DNA from: Macrostomum lignano
Lineage: Eukaryota
NCBI GenBank assembly: GCA_002269645.1
Contig: NIVC01001387.1
Coordinates: forward strand, 128,136 to 192,135
Length of the DNA: 64,000 nt
Reading direction: 5' to 3'
Shown: positions 1 through 14,151 of the stretch, piece after piece
Numbering within the stretch: position 1 is the stretch's first letter
Layout: every line of letters begins with the position of its first letter
Program-made: the position numbers and the translations under genes
Notes under the pieces: generated by a model
The model's database searches: none
What the model saw: the letters and a program-made list of their open reading frames with translations, nothing else
Told to the model about the DNA's origin: nothing

Positions 1-966
1 ACCTAGTGCATTATAGATGGAAGAAATAAAATTGACGATATGTATTATAACAAACTTAAATACCTTACATGCGAAATAAAACTACATTTTATTTTACCAC
101 AATCCCAATTCAATCTCGCAAATTAGTTTAACTAATTCAACGGGAGGTTAAAGAAGCTCAGAAGCCTCTAACTGTCTGCTGCTTCATGTCTGCCAGCCAC
201 CTCCCTCCCCCTCCATAGTCTGCTTTGGAGCACAGGAAATTAATTTCTTGCCAGCAGTAGCAGAAGAAGGCGCAAATTGCAAAAGCACCGAATTCTGCGG
301 GGGAAAACCAATTGGAATTGTTTCTTGAGAGAAGGGAGTGGGAAGAGAGTAGCAGTGGAACTTTTGCAGATTCAGAGATTAGACCATGGACTTCTAGACA
401 TTGGATAGAACCTGGAACGGACACTTTCCAATCCAGATTCTAGATGTAAATTTACCATGGCATAGAATATTTTATTCCAGATTCTATATTAGGATTATCA
501 TAGACTTATGTCAATAGTACTCCATATCCAGTCCAAGCCTGGAGAGTTCAGAAGGGGGAAATTGGGAGTCTAAAAATGCGAACAGAGCACACACGGCTTT
601 CCCAACGCGCAGACTGCTGTCTGTCAGTAAGTACAGTGGCTGAAATTACAGCAGCCACTGCTAGCAGGGGTATTAGAGTATGAGCAAGCCGACTCTCTCA
701 CCCATCAGCTTTGATGAGCTGCCAGCCATCAGATCCGATCCCAAATCTACAGAAATAGCAAATTCACTTTCACAAACATCCCACTGAGTGTGCGTATTAT
801 GTATTATGCATTAATTCCTGTTTGGCTAAAAGTAACAAAGACGGAGAATTAGAAAGCCTTATATATTCCTTGTTGGTATAACTGCATGTGATTGAATTTT
901 GCGAGGCAAAGACCGAGATTAAGGGCTTATTGAGTCGCTTATTGAGATTATATTGAGTCGGAGGCC

Positions 967-2479
967 GAAGGATCGGAGGTAGGGGCCTGAAGGATCGGAG
1001 GGTAGGGGCCTGAAGGGTCGGAGGGTAGGGCCTTGAAGGATCAGAGGGTAGGGGCCTGAAGGATCGGAGGGTAGGGGCCTGAAGGGTCGGAGGTTAGGGC
1101 CTTGAAGGATCGGAGGGTAGGGGCCTGAAGGATCGGAGGGTAGGGGCCTGAAGGGTCGGAGGGTAGGGCCTTGAAGGATCAGAGGGTAGGGGCCTGAAGG
1201 ATCGGAGGGTAGGGGCCTGAAGGGTCGGAGGGTAGGGCCTTGAAGGATCGGAGGGTAGGGGCCTGAAGGATCGGAGGGTAGGGCCTGAAGGATCGGAGGG
1301 TAGGGGCCTGAAGGATCGGAGGGTAGGGCCTGAAGGATCGGAGGGTAGGGGCCTGAAGGATCGGAGGGTAGGGGCCTGAAGGATCGGAGGGTAGGGGCCT
1401 GAAGGATCGGAGGGTAGGGGCCTGAAGGGTCGGAGGGTAGGGGCCTGAAGGATCGGAGGGTAGGGGCCTGAAGGATCGGCGGGTAGGGGCCTGAAGGATC
1501 GGAGGGTAGGGGCCTTGAAGGATCGGAGGGTAGGGGCCTGAAGGATCGGAGGGTAGGGGCCTGAAGGATCGGAGGGTAGGGGCTTGAAGGATCGCAGGGT
1601 AGGGGCCTGAAGGATCGGAGGGTAGGGAATGAAGGATCGCAGGGTAGGGGCCTGAAGGATTGGAGGGTAGGGCCTGAAGGATCGGAGGGTAGGGCCTGAA
1701 GGATCGGAGGGTAGGGGCCTGAAGGATCGGAGGGTAGGGGCCTGAAGGATCGGAGGGTAGGGGCCTGAAGGATCGGAGGGTAGGGGCCTGAAGGGTCGGA
1801 GGGTAGGGGCCTGAAGGATCGGAGGGTAGGGGCCTGAAGGATCGGCGGGTAGGGGCCTGAAGGATCGGAGGGTAGGGGCCTTGAAGGATCGGAGGGTAGG
1901 GGCCTGAAGGATCGGAGGGTAGGGGCCTGAAGGATCGGAGGGTAGGGGCTTGAAGGATCGCAGGGTAGGGGCCTGAAGGATCGGAGGGTAGGGAATGAAG
2001 GATCGCAGGGTAGGGGCCTGAAGGATTGGAGGGTAGGGCCTGAAGGATCGGAGGGTAGGGGCTTGAAGGATCGAAGGGTAGGGGCCTGAAGGATCGAAGG
2101 GTAGGGCCTTGAAGGATCGGAGGGTAGGGGCTTGAAGGATCGGAGGGTAGGGGCCTGAAGGGTCGGAGGGTAGGGGCCTGAAGGATCGCAGGGTAGGGGC
2201 CTGAAGGATCGCAGGGTAGGGGCCTGAAGGATCGCAGGGTAGGGGCCTGAAGGATCGCAGGGTAGGGGCCTGAAGGATCGGAGGGTAGGGGCCTGAAGGG
2301 TCGGAGGTTAGGGGCTTGAAGGATCGGAGGGTAGGGGCCTGAAGGATCGGAGGGTAGGGCCTTGAAGGATCGGAGGGTAGGGGCTTGAAGGATCGGAGGG
2401 TAGGGGCCTGAAGGATCGGAGGGTAGGGGCCTGAAGGGTCGGAGGGTAGGGGCTTGAAGGATCGCAGGGTAGGGGCCTG
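967..2479. repeat. 23-bp G-rich minisatellite (GGAGGGTAGGGGCCTGAAGGATC)
   Basis: About 65 tandem copies; includes an internal duplication of about 365 bp. Confidence 0.97.
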
Positions 2480-2927
2480 AACAGAACATATTCGGGGAGT
2501 TCCAGCGCAATAAATATAAACTTAGAAAGAATTCCCAAGGATTTTCTTACTGCAGCTTTCGCATTATAGCAGTCTGTCTAAGAAGTAAATTTCCATTGAC
2601 CATTGGACAGTAATTGACACGGACTGACGACAGACTGCAGGAAAAATTGGCGTAGGAGGGAAGGACAGGACAGACTGCCAGACTGCCTGCCTGACTGACA
2701 GGCTGATGCGCGTGATGGCACACAGAAATAATGAAAGTTTGTGGATGGACGAAGCACACAGAGAGAAGAAGACACAAATTGATATCCCTGTGTACCGCTG
2801 CAGGGCAAAATAGAAATGATGATGCAGGCTACAGGGTAGTTTTTCTTTTGTCAACAACCAGCCAGCAGCTGCCGCAGAATAAGCTGAAGGAGAGAGGAAG
2901 TGGGATTAGAAATGATTGCTACAAGAA

Positions 2928-3833
<906 letters not shown>

Positions 3834-4659
3834 ACCTAAAAGTCTATCTATCATCTTATTAACTGGGCCATTCATCGATGTAAATATCTCTATCCAATGA
3901 CGCAAACACAACATATGCATACATTATTGAATGGCCAGTCGTTATTTCCACAGTTCCTCAGTCGCAAACACGCAATGCACGAAAAACAACTGTGCGGCTC
4001 CTCTGGGTTGTGCGAAGCCGATACAGACCCACCATAAATGCATTAATATTAGCTCAGTGTTCTCCAGCAATCTCTAGGCTCACTAAGCTAAGCCGAGCCA
4101 AGTCCGCACTGGCAGATGGCCAGTTGCCACCCATGCAGTAGGCGAGGGATTTTAGCGAGTCTCTGCGCATCCCATTTCTGTCTCATCCGGGGAAAAAAAT
4201 CCCCGGATTGGTGGGGGGAGAGAAAAATAATGATTGACAGGTCGCCCGTTTGCCGTCCTGAATAAGTGCAGAGAGCTGGATTCCTATATTAATAATTTCA
4301 CTTGTTAATCCAAAGATTGCCGCTTATACAGAAGTACACGATAACAATGAATTAGCGAATAAAAAATCAGGATACGGTAAAAGTGCACTAGAAGAGCAGG
4401 CCTGAGATCCATCAAGCAGACAGGTGGGTAAGCTGGGTGAGCCAGAGCAGCAGGGCCTCTTAAGGACACAACCGAACTGAACCGCTTCGTGTAATGTGGC
4501 GTGTGGCACATCGCACTGAAGCAGAGCTGGAAACCATTAAGGACAAGAAAACACGATCGAAGTTCGCGAAGGACCTCTGGGTGCCTGGTTTGAAAGCTGT
4601 GTTTCACAAGCTAACACTTTCTAAGCAGCTGTCTGCGTTTGAGAAGTACATGGGTCTAG

Positions 4660-5233
4660 ATTGTGAATAGTATGGTTTGTGAATACTCTAGTTAGTGAAT
4701 TGTCTAGTTTGTGAATTGTCTAGTTTGTGAATTGTCTAGTTTGTGAATTGTCTAGTTTTTTAATACTCTAGTTTGTGAATTGTTTAGATTGTGAATTGTC
4801 TAGTTTGTGAATTGTCTAGTTTGTGAATTGTCTAGTTTGTGAATTGTCTAGTTTGTGAATTATCTAGTTTGTGAATTGTCTAGTTTGTGAATTGTCTAGT
4901 TTGTGAATTGTCTAGTTTGTGAATTGTCTAGTTTGTGAATTGTCTAGTTTGTGAATTGTCTAGTTTGTGAATTGTCTAGTTTGTGAATTGTCTAGTTGTT
5001 TGTGAATTGTCTAGTTTGTGAATTGTCTAGTTTGTGAATTGTCTAGTTTGTGAATTGTCTAGTTTGTGAATTGTCTAGTTTGTGAATTGTCTAGTTTGTG
5101 AATACTCTAGTTATTTATTTTTTTATTTGTCTGTCTGTCTGTCTTTTTGTGTCTGTCTGTTGGTCTACCTGTCTGTCTGTCTGTCTGTCTGTCTTTTTGT
5201 GTCTGTCTGTTGGTCTACCTGTCCGTCCGTCTA

Positions 5234-5323
<90 letters not shown>

Positions 5324-5325
5324 TC
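4660..5325. repeat. 16-bp minisatellite (TTTGTGAATTGTCTAG) followed by (TGTC)n
   Basis: Array at about 4660-5110; microsatellite at about 5126-5325. Confidence 0.95.
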
Positions 5326-6051
5326 TGATGTGTATTGATCAAACAAAGTAGGCTACCACAAGACATCAAGTTCTGAAATAAAATTCAACCAGTTAAGCAG
5401 GCAGACAGACAGACAGGATTAAACATTTGCTTGCACTACGAGTATTTACAATTCACCAATAGGCAAATATTTCTGACTAATAATGTTTCCGAAAATATTG
5501 CTGCATAGCAGAAACATCCCGATGAAAGTTGCAATAAAAGTTACAAACTATTCACTGTGCAGTTAGGACTACTTTTCCCCTACAAAGGCGGGCAAATATC
5601 AGGTAAGACAGGAATGAAATATTATTTAGATACATAAAAAGTCTGAATAGAAGAAGAAGCTCTACAGAGAAAGTATTGAATGTCTTGTAATAAACTATTT
5701 ATTATACATAGACTTGGCGCTGCGTATTAGAGGCTTATTTGGGGGTAGGGAACTGCACAGAACAATCATGCAGATTTTCTCTTTCTATTTTCCTTAATCC
5801 TCTGTAGAATCCCAGTAACTAAAATATGAATATAGTCTAGAAAATAAATGGAACAAGGCTACCAATTACTACTGAAGATTCAGGCAAATATATGAAATAC
5901 AAGAAGAAATGAAAAAGATGGTAAAATGTTTTTATGCGTTGAAAAATAACCGAACAAACAACATTCATAATAAAAATTGTTTCCCTCTAGGAATGCAAGT
6001 GCGGATATAAACACAGAACAACAGCCAGTTTTACAAAATATTGATTCGAGC

Positions 6052-6745
6052 CTGAAGGATCGGAGGGTAGGGAATGAAGGATCGGAGGGCATGGGCCTGA
6101 AGGATCGGAGGGTAGGGAATGAATGATCGGAGGGTAGGGAATGAATGATCGGAGGGTAGGGAATGAAGGATCGGAGGGCATGGGCCTGAAGGATCGGAGG
6201 GTAGGGAATGAAGGATCGGAGGGCATGGGCCTGAAGGATCGGAGGGTAGGGAATGAAGGATCGGAGGGTAGGGAATGAAGGATCGGAGGGTAGGGAATGA
6301 ATGATCGGAGGGTAAGGAATGAAGGATCAGAGGGTAGGGAATGAAGGATCGGAGGGTAGGGAATGAAGGATCGGAGGGTAGGGAATGAAGGATCGGAGGG
6401 TAGGGAATGAAGGATCGGAGGGTAGGGAATGAAGGATCGGAGGGTAGGGAATGAAGGATCGGAGGGTAGGGAATGAATGATCGGAGGGTAGGGAATGAAG
6501 GATCGGAGGGTAGGGAATGAAGGATCGGAGGGTAGGGAATGAAGGATCGGAGGGTAGGGAATGAAGGATCGGAGGGTAGGGAATGAATGATCGGAGGGTA
6601 GGGAATGAAGGATCGGAGGGTAGGGAATGAAGGATCGGAGGGTAGGGAATGAAGGATCGGAGGGTAGGGAATGAAGGATCGGAGGGTAGGGAATGAATGA
6701 TCGGAGGGTAAGGAATGAAGGATCAGAGGGTAGGGAATGAAGGAG
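6052..6745. repeat. 22-bp minisatellite (GGAGGGTAGGGAATGAAGGATC), sister of the 967-2479 array
   Basis: Tandem copies; unit variants shared with the first array. Confidence 0.96.
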
Positions 6746-6985
6746 CTGAAGGAGAAAGAATGGCTCACTAAAGTACATCGAGTACTTTAATATTTTCAAC
6801 AGCAAGCCCATATGTCTTTTGCTATCTAAATGTCATCAATCTACAAGGTAATAATGCAGAGTACAACAAACACAAGCAAGGAACAGCACAGTCTATTTAG
6901 GAAACAAAACACCAAATTCAAGCATGCACAGCTACCAGCATTCGATAGCATTTAAATTGCCAATTAACAGTGATAGTATCGTTAC

Positions 6986-7019
6986 CCGGATAACTTCAGG
7001 ACAAGCGTAGTGTGGAGAG
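6986..7019 (-). CDS. BRSK1/2: BRSK kinase exon 5, 34 nt (SPHYACPEVIR)
   Basis: TTTCAG acceptor and GTAAC donor; continues the frame into subdomain VIII. Confidence 0.9.
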
Positions 7020-7234
7020 CTGAAAGCAAAATTTCAATTGTTTAACAGCCTAATAAGTTAAAGAATTCAAACTTCACGATAACTGAATGCACTTTCAGAG
7101 CATTAATAGAATGCGTAACCTCATTTATTAATATTTATCTATGAAGCGATTAGTGAATAAAAACATGATAAATTAAAACTGTTCAAATTAAAATTGTATC
7201 AAACAATTGTCACAATTGTTCTATTGAACCGGTA

Positions 7235-7828
7235 AAGACCTCAGATACTGAGTAGACAAAGACCTCAAATACTGAACTGAAAAAGACCTCAGAGCCTACT
7301 GAATAGACAAAGACCTAAGCTATTGAACAAAGACCTCAGCTACTGAACAGACAAAGACCTAAGCTACTGAACAAAGACCTAAGCTACTGAACAAAGACCT
7401 AAGCTACTGAACAGACAAAGATCTAAGCTACTGAACAAAGACCTAAGCTACTGAACAGACAAAGATCTAAGCTACTGAACAAAGACCTAAGCTACTGAAC
7501 AGACAAAGACCTCAGCTGCTGAACAGACAAAGACCTCAGCTACTGAACAGACAAAGACCTCAGCTGCTGAACAGACAAAGACCTCAGCTGCTGAACAGAC
7601 AAAGACCTCAGCTACTGAACAGACAAAGACCTCAGCTACTGAGCAGACAAAGACCTCGGCTACTGAAAAGACAGACATCAACTACTGAACAGACAAAGAC
7701 CTTAGCTACTGAAAATACAAAGATCTCAGCGCTACTGAATAGACAAAGACATCAGCTACTGAACAAACAAAGACCTCAGCTACTGAATAGACAAAGACCA
7801 TATCTGCTCAATCGACAAAGACCTCACA
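7235..7828. repeat. 24-25-bp minisatellite (GCTACTGAACAGACAAAGACCTCA), BRSK intron 4
   Basis: Tandem copies ending 15 nt from the donor. Confidence 0.95.
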
Positions 7829-7843
7829 GGGCCCAGCACTCAC

Positions 7844-7960
7844 CCGCAGCTGGTCTCAAGCATTGAGCCCTCAGGCTGCAGCGAAGCCATACCAAAGTCT
7901 GCAACACGGATGTTGTGCCTCTCATCTAGCAGCAGATTCTCCGGTTTCAAATCTCGATGA
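7844..7960 (-). CDS. BRSK1/2: BRSK kinase exon 4 ([38 protein letters not shown])
   Basis: Catalytic loop [11 protein letters not shown] motif and activation-loop Thr (LETSCG); canonical splice sites. Confidence 0.95.
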
Positions 7961-8049
7961 CTGAAAGTTCATTATTCCAACAAAGTCGTTATGAAAAACA
8001 ATTTTGAAGTTGAATTAATTGTTATTCAAACAGCTTGAAAGTCTCTCAC

Positions 8050-8190
8050 CAGATGCAGTGCTTGTGGCAAAAGTCCAAAGCCGATATAATTTGCTTGAAG
8101 AAACGGCGCGCTTCTTTTGGCGTCAGTCGGCCTTTGCGCACGAGATAGTCGAACAGCTCACCGCCGGACACGTGCTCCAGGATCAGGTAG
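8050..8190 (-). CDS. BRSK1/2: BRSK kinase exon 3 ([46 protein letters not shown])
   Basis: Diagnostic BRSK sequence; canonical AG and GTGAG boundaries. Confidence 0.95.
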
Positions 8191-8219
8191 CTGAGACGGG
8201 ATAGGAATGGGGAGCTTTG

Positions 8220-8600
8220 TTGAGATTATCGGGTGAGATTAGAGATCGTTGGATGAGATTGGAAACGATCAGGTGAGATTAGAATTATTTGGATTAGATT
8301 GGAGATTATCGGGTGAGATTAGAGATCGTTGGATGAGATTGGAAACGATCAGGTGAGATTAGAATTATTTGGATTAGATTGGAGATTATCGGGTGAGATT
8401 AGAGATCGTTGGATGAGATTGGAAATGATCAGGTGAGATTATCATTCTTTGGATTAGATTGGAGATTATCGGGTGAGATTAGAGATCGTTGGGATGAGAT
8501 TGGAAACGATCAGATAAGATTAGAATTCTTTGGATTCGATTGGAGATTATTAGATGAGATTAGGAATCTTTGGACGCGATTGTAGATCTTTGGTTGAGAT
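8220..8600. repeat. About 80-bp GAGATT-based repeat, BRSK intron 2
   Basis: Three to four near-identical 80-bp units, then decay. Confidence 0.9.
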
Positions 8601-8729
8601 TAAAAAACTAATCTATAGATATGAGATTATGATATGAGATTATGACATGAGATTATTATGATATGAGTAAGATATGAGATTAAATATTCAAATCAGGGCC
8701 AAAATTGCACCCTTGGAATGTCTACTCAC

Positions 8730-8910
8730 AGAAATTTTTTATTGTCATAAACATCGTAGAGTCCCAGTACATTGGGGTGCTCAATTAGTTTCATGATGGC
8801 AATTTCCCGCTCCACTTTTTGCAGGACACTTTCTGAGAGTTTCTCTCTGTTTACAATCTTAATAGCCACTTTTCGACTAGAGATGCAGTGGATGCCCAGC
8901 TTCACAAGAC
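8730..8910 (-). CDS. BRSK1/2: BRSK kinase exon 2 ([60 protein letters not shown])
   Basis: Near-identical to BRSK subdomains II-IV; AG acceptor at 8911-8912, GTGAG donor at 8729; phases join. Confidence 0.95.
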
Positions 8911-9754
8911 CTGTAGTGTAATTTTAAACAAATTAGGAAGCTAAATAACAAAAAAGGGACAAGGCACAGTATAATTTGAAAATAAGATTATAATTTGCAT
9001 TTACTGCTAAAAATAGACTATGTTTATCTGATTCTTAGAATTTCTTAAATATTAAAAAAATAACATTTTTTTGAATAGATAGTTTTATACAAATAAAATT
9101 TCAAAAAACCCAAAAATCTTGAGCATTGAACTAGATTCTAATGTGAGTCAAAATTTTGAATCAGTTGGCTCTATAATAGAATACACTTATTAGTATCCAT
9201 TTAGTATATGGACATAAAAACACTTAATTAAAAACTTTTTTCAAAAAGTAAAAAGCTTGAATCTATCATTAAGTTAGATTTTATACAAGATTTGAGAAGT
9301 TTTTAAGAATTTATAAAGAAATTTAATAGATCATAGATAAATTAGACAAAATATAATTATTAACCTAGTTACCTAACTATATTATATATATACTAATTAT
9401 TTATATAAAAAATAAGCAATGCAAAATGCTTTTGTTGAAGCTAGTGTTTCAACATTATAAATGTTCAACAAAAAATTGATTATTCAGATTTAAAAGCCAA
9501 AGCTGATGGAGTTGGGTGCTGACAATCCGCCTACAGTATCATTACTTAATAGTTTTATCTCTAAATTATGATAGTAGTTATCTTTTTGCTTTCCAGAATA
9601 AGACTAAGGCATGTAAATAGCCGCGGTCAATGGAGATAAGTATTTGCCAACGTGTCATCTAAATGAAGTAAGACATTTACTACATAACTGCAACTGGATG
9701 TAATAATGCCTTAAGCTTAACCTATAAATGCTTTAAAATGCTTATTTAACTTAC

Positions 9755-9887
9755 CTGTTTGACCTTTCCCTAATGTCTTTTCCAGTCTATAGGGACCAAT
9801 ATACTGGTCTTCTTTTGGTGTATGATTCGAGACCATCTTGTTTGCAATTTTACCATTGCTGTTGTTGCCAATTACAGTGTCCTTCAT
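9755..9887 (-). CDS. BRSK1/2: BRSK/SAD-family Ser/Thr kinase, coding exon 1 (MKDTVIG...YIGPYRLEKTLGKGQT)
   Basis: Manual translation gives the BRSK glycine-loop sequence YIGPYRLEKTLGKGQTG; GTAAG donor at 9754; 133 nt, phase 1. Confidence 0.9.
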
Positions 9888-11825
9888 AGTTGCGCATGAC
9901 TGTCAAAGGATTTCCGTCATAATTTTCATTTTAATTTACAAAAGCAAGAAAATTTACTAAATAAACCACCGTAATTAGAAGCAGAATAAAATTGATTTAA
10001 ATTACTAATACAATACGATATTATATAAAACAATTACTTAAAATTTCACTTAGCTACAAAAAGCCGAAAAAGGCAAAATAAATGACTATGAAAAATTATT
10101 TATTAAGAAAAATGATAAAAAATTGTAAAGTCGAAATGCAGCATAAACGCTTAAACAGATAAAACAAAAATAATGTCAACTTAGAAGGACATAAATAACA
10201 ATAACTTTTTATATGTTTAGCAAATAAAAATAAAAAAGATTCTTTTGCAGCACGCTTTCGTAAGTATGAACAAACTACGACAAATATCTGATCAATATAG
10301 CAGTGGTCTATTGACTACTCGGAATGTACGTATTTCAACTTTTCTTGTAGATACAATATTAATTAATGCGTTTTATAAATCTGTACATTTTACTCATGAT
10401 TCTAAGCCCGTATAATTCTTGGCAAAATTAGACAGCATCACTCGTACCATCGTACGTTGTTCGTACGTGCGTACGTTGAAAGAAATGACTGAAAACTATA
10501 GCATCAATCTTAAAGATTACCGTGTTAGAAATTTGCTGCGTGAGAAACCATGCAATCAGAGTTAAACAAGCACAATATATTTATATCATTGTATACACAA
10601 GCTTATGCAGAGATATATAAACAGAAAATTTGTATGATTTGACAAAGCACACATACATGTACAGTATCGAATAGAACGGGGTAAGAAAATTGCATTGGCG
10701 TAGCAAATATGTGTATGAACTGGGTCTCTTCAACAGGTATTCTCCTGTTACTATATCTTAAACAGTCTCAGCTTTCAATCTAACGACTAGTTAAAATACG
10801 AATAATATTAAAAACGCTATTAAATTCCAAGACAGTCGATGCACAGGAAGAGTTCAGTCTTCAGAGGGTCCCTATCCCTAGTTCGTTTTCTGTAGCCTAT
10901 GCAAGCGCGCCGCACACAGCCACACACAAAAGAAAAGCGGGAACAGAGAAATTAAACAGGGAAGCAACTTGAAGTACAATAGAATCCAAGAGCTACAATC
11001 TAAACATAATCTACTACTGCAAGTAGTAGTTTGCTCGTAGTATCCAAGTTTTTACTAGCAGGGTTTGAGTCACTGAGATTGCTCGGTCGCGCCAAATGAA
11101 CAGAAAAAGATAAGATTACATTTCAAAGGATTTATACAATTTAATCACTTGTTTCACACCCCGAGTTGACGAAAAAAACTAAATACTATCTATTAATATA
11201 ATAGCCAGTCATAAATTAAGTTACAACTATTCTTATTTTATTACTAGTAGTGAAATCATTGGACCCTATCGACTTTTCCACGTTGAAAAAACATTTTAAA
11301 TTACAAGAGAAATTAAAAAGCATTTCTTTCTACTTTCCAGCAAATTAATAACCGATTTGTAATTACACTGGTATAAGCAGTATAAAATATGCAACAAGGA
11401 TACAATGAGTAGTATATTGCGATTGTCAAATCCTGAAAATTATTTGATAGAGAAGATCAACCTGCGTGTAAAGAGGTAAAGCGGTTTTATCCATTGATTC
11501 TACATAGCACGGATAGCAACCGACAGGCAAAGATGCAGGCTCATAATAACACAAGTAACGGCACAGCAATCAGGTAGCTACAACTACAAAACTCGTAAAA
11601 GCGGTTTGCACTGGTGTAGCAATCGCATAGTAGCGTAAAAATGGCTGGTGAGGAGATGGGGTGAAGTGTGGAGCGACCTTATCTATGCATTTAAAGTTAG
11701 ATAAATAAAACAATAAAAGTATTGGGCAATTCAAACGGGATTGGTTTAAAAATACAACTGGCTTTTATTGATTAAAATAACTGGAACTGATTATTAAATT
11801 TATGAGTTACAATGTTTATGGCCTA

Positions 11826-12345
11826 ATCTACAGTTTATAACTCCTGTCTATGGCACAATCTGCAGTTTATAACTCCTGTCTATGGCACAATCTGCAGTTT
11901 ATAACTCCTGTCTATGGCACAATCTGCAGTTTATAACTCCTGTCTATGGCACAATCTGCAGTTTATAACTCCTGTCTATGGCACAATCTGCAGTTTATAA
12001 CTCCTGTCTATGGCACAATCTGCAGTTTATAACTCCTGTCTATGGCACAATCTGCAGTTTATAACTCCTGTCTATGGCACAATCTGCAGTTTATAACTCC
12101 TGTCTATGGCACAGTCTGCAGTTTATAACTCCTGTCTATGGCACAATCTGCAGTTTATAACTCCTGTCTATGGCACAATCTGCAGTTTATAACTCCTGTC
12201 TATGGCACAATCTGCAGTTTATAACTCCTGTCTATGGCACAATCTGCAGTTTATAACTCCTAATTGTCCATGGCCCAATCTGCAGTTTATAACTCCTGTC
12301 TATGGCACAATCTGCAGTTTATAACTCCTAATTGTCTATGACCTA
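11826..12345. repeat. 32-bp minisatellite (TTTATAACTCCTGTCTATGGCACAATCTGCAG)
   Basis: About 15 near-perfect copies. Confidence 0.96.
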
Positions 12346-13279
12346 ATCTTGAGTCGAAAACTCTAAACTGTCTATGGCCCAATCTAGTTTATAGCTTTAA
12401 ACTGGCTATGGTTTCGAGGCCCAACTTCACAAATGCTAACATAAATTCTGCTAGGCCAATACTAAAAGTGCAAACGCACTTTAGCCTCGCTGATAATCGA
12501 TAAAACTATAACAATTAACTTTCCCCATTAATATTAAATATGCTAGAATTTTTGTACATTATAAAAACATGATTACAATATTAGACAGACTAGATGATAT
12601 AATTATGTTGGGCAATAATATACAGAAGTAATCATAAAACAAAAGGCAGCATTATCACTGGGCAGAAAGGTTTGCGCGCAGGGGAAAAATGATTGTACTT
12701 TAATAGTACTTATTTTATAGAAAATTATAAAAAACGCGCCAAGTTCAAAGTGGAGAAAAGCAGCATTCGCTGGGCGTTAAAATTAGTGCTCTTTTTAATT
12801 AAAAACAGATACTATACAAAAATTTGGTGATTAGGAAAAAAATGGATAGAATTTAAACATTTTTTACCAAACTAACTAGACAGTGAAACCCAAGTTTACT
12901 AATATAGACATACTACTAACAGTAGAAGATTCGCATTACTATCAGACTTGAAACAAAAGTGGGACATGGGCTCAACATACAGTAATTAATAAAAACTTAT
13001 TAAACTAAGACAAAGCGAAGAAATAGAAACAAAGGTTACAATAAAAAAACGGAGAAGGCTTAAAATGTGATTTTATTTAACAATAGTGCAGCAGTAAGTG
13101 CATATCCAGTCTGTACTAATTAAAATTAGTCATCAAATAGCTAAAAATAGAAAACAAGTTCAAGCGATCCGATTAATTTTACATATAAAGCTTGTCAAAG
13201 AAGCGAAACTCCAAGCAGGGCTGAGCAGAACGGAACAGAAATTCGAACCCCGTACTTCAGTAGATTTGACTTAAACAAC

Positions 13280-14110
13280 TTGTCAGGATTCAAACTCGGG
13301 ACCTTAGTTGTTGAATTACGCAACTTTATCAAGACTCAACTATCAGGACAATATGAGTGAGGATTCGAACTCGGGACCTTAGTTGTTGAATTACGCAACT
13401 CCATCAAGACTCAACTATCAGGACAATATGAGTGAGGATTCGAACTCGGGACCTTAGTTGTTGAATTACGCAACTTTATCAAGACTCAACTATCAGGACA
13501 ATATGAGTGAGGATTCGAACTCGGGACCTTAGTTGTTGAATTACGCAACTCTATCAAGACTCAACTATCAAGGCAATATGAGTGAGGATTCGAACTCAGG
13601 ACCTTAGTTGTTAAATTAAGCAACTCTATCAAGACTCAACTATCAAGGCAATATGAGTGAGGATTCGAACTCGGGACCTTACTTTTTGAATTAAGCAAAT
13701 TTATCAAGACGTTAACTATCAGGACAGGATTCGAAGCCGGGACTTTTGTTTTTGATTTACGCAACTTTATCAAGACTCAACTATCAGGACAATATGAGTG
13801 AGGATTCGAACTCGGGACCTTAGTTGTTGAATTACGCAACTCTATCAAGACTCAACTATCAAGGCAATATGAGTGAGGATTCGAACTCAGGACCTTAGTT
13901 GTTAAATTAAGCAACTCTATCAAGACTCAACTATCAAGGCAATATGAGTGAGGATTCGAACTCGGGACCTTACTTTTTGAATTAAGCAAATTTATCAAGA
14001 CGTTAACTATCAGGACAGGATTCGAAGCCGGGACTTTTGTTTTTGATTTACGCAACTTTATCAAGACTCAACAATCAAGACAATATGAGTGAGCATTCTA
14101 ACCCGGGACC
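13280..14110 (-). repeat. 75-bp tandem repeat carrying tRNA-like A/B boxes, probable PSD 3' UTR
   Basis: GGATTCGAACTC recurs at 13361, 13436, 13511 and onward; minus strand shows GAGTTCGAATCC (B box). Confidence 0.9.
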
Positions 14111-14151
14111 CCGCGCTCAGACTCCATACTATACTAGAAGAAGCAAATCTG

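Noticed and set aside
4185-4208. 9-bp GC hairpin (ATCCGGGGA-A6-TCCCCGGAT) as a terminator or Helitron end
   Set aside because: No T-tract or CTRR end and no matching 5' terminus; an isolated hairpin.
6790-6830. Minus-strand AKDIWAC resembling the missing BRSK KADIWSC exon
   Set aside because: In-frame stops on both sides and no GEKYDG; chance similarity.
11826-12345. Regular 32-bp repeats suggesting a CRISPR array
   Set aside because: There are no unique spacers and no cas genes, and the context is eukaryotic. The same applies to all other arrays.
13280-14110. Functional tRNA gene cluster
   Set aside because: The acceptor, D and T stems do not base-pair; only box-like motifs remain.
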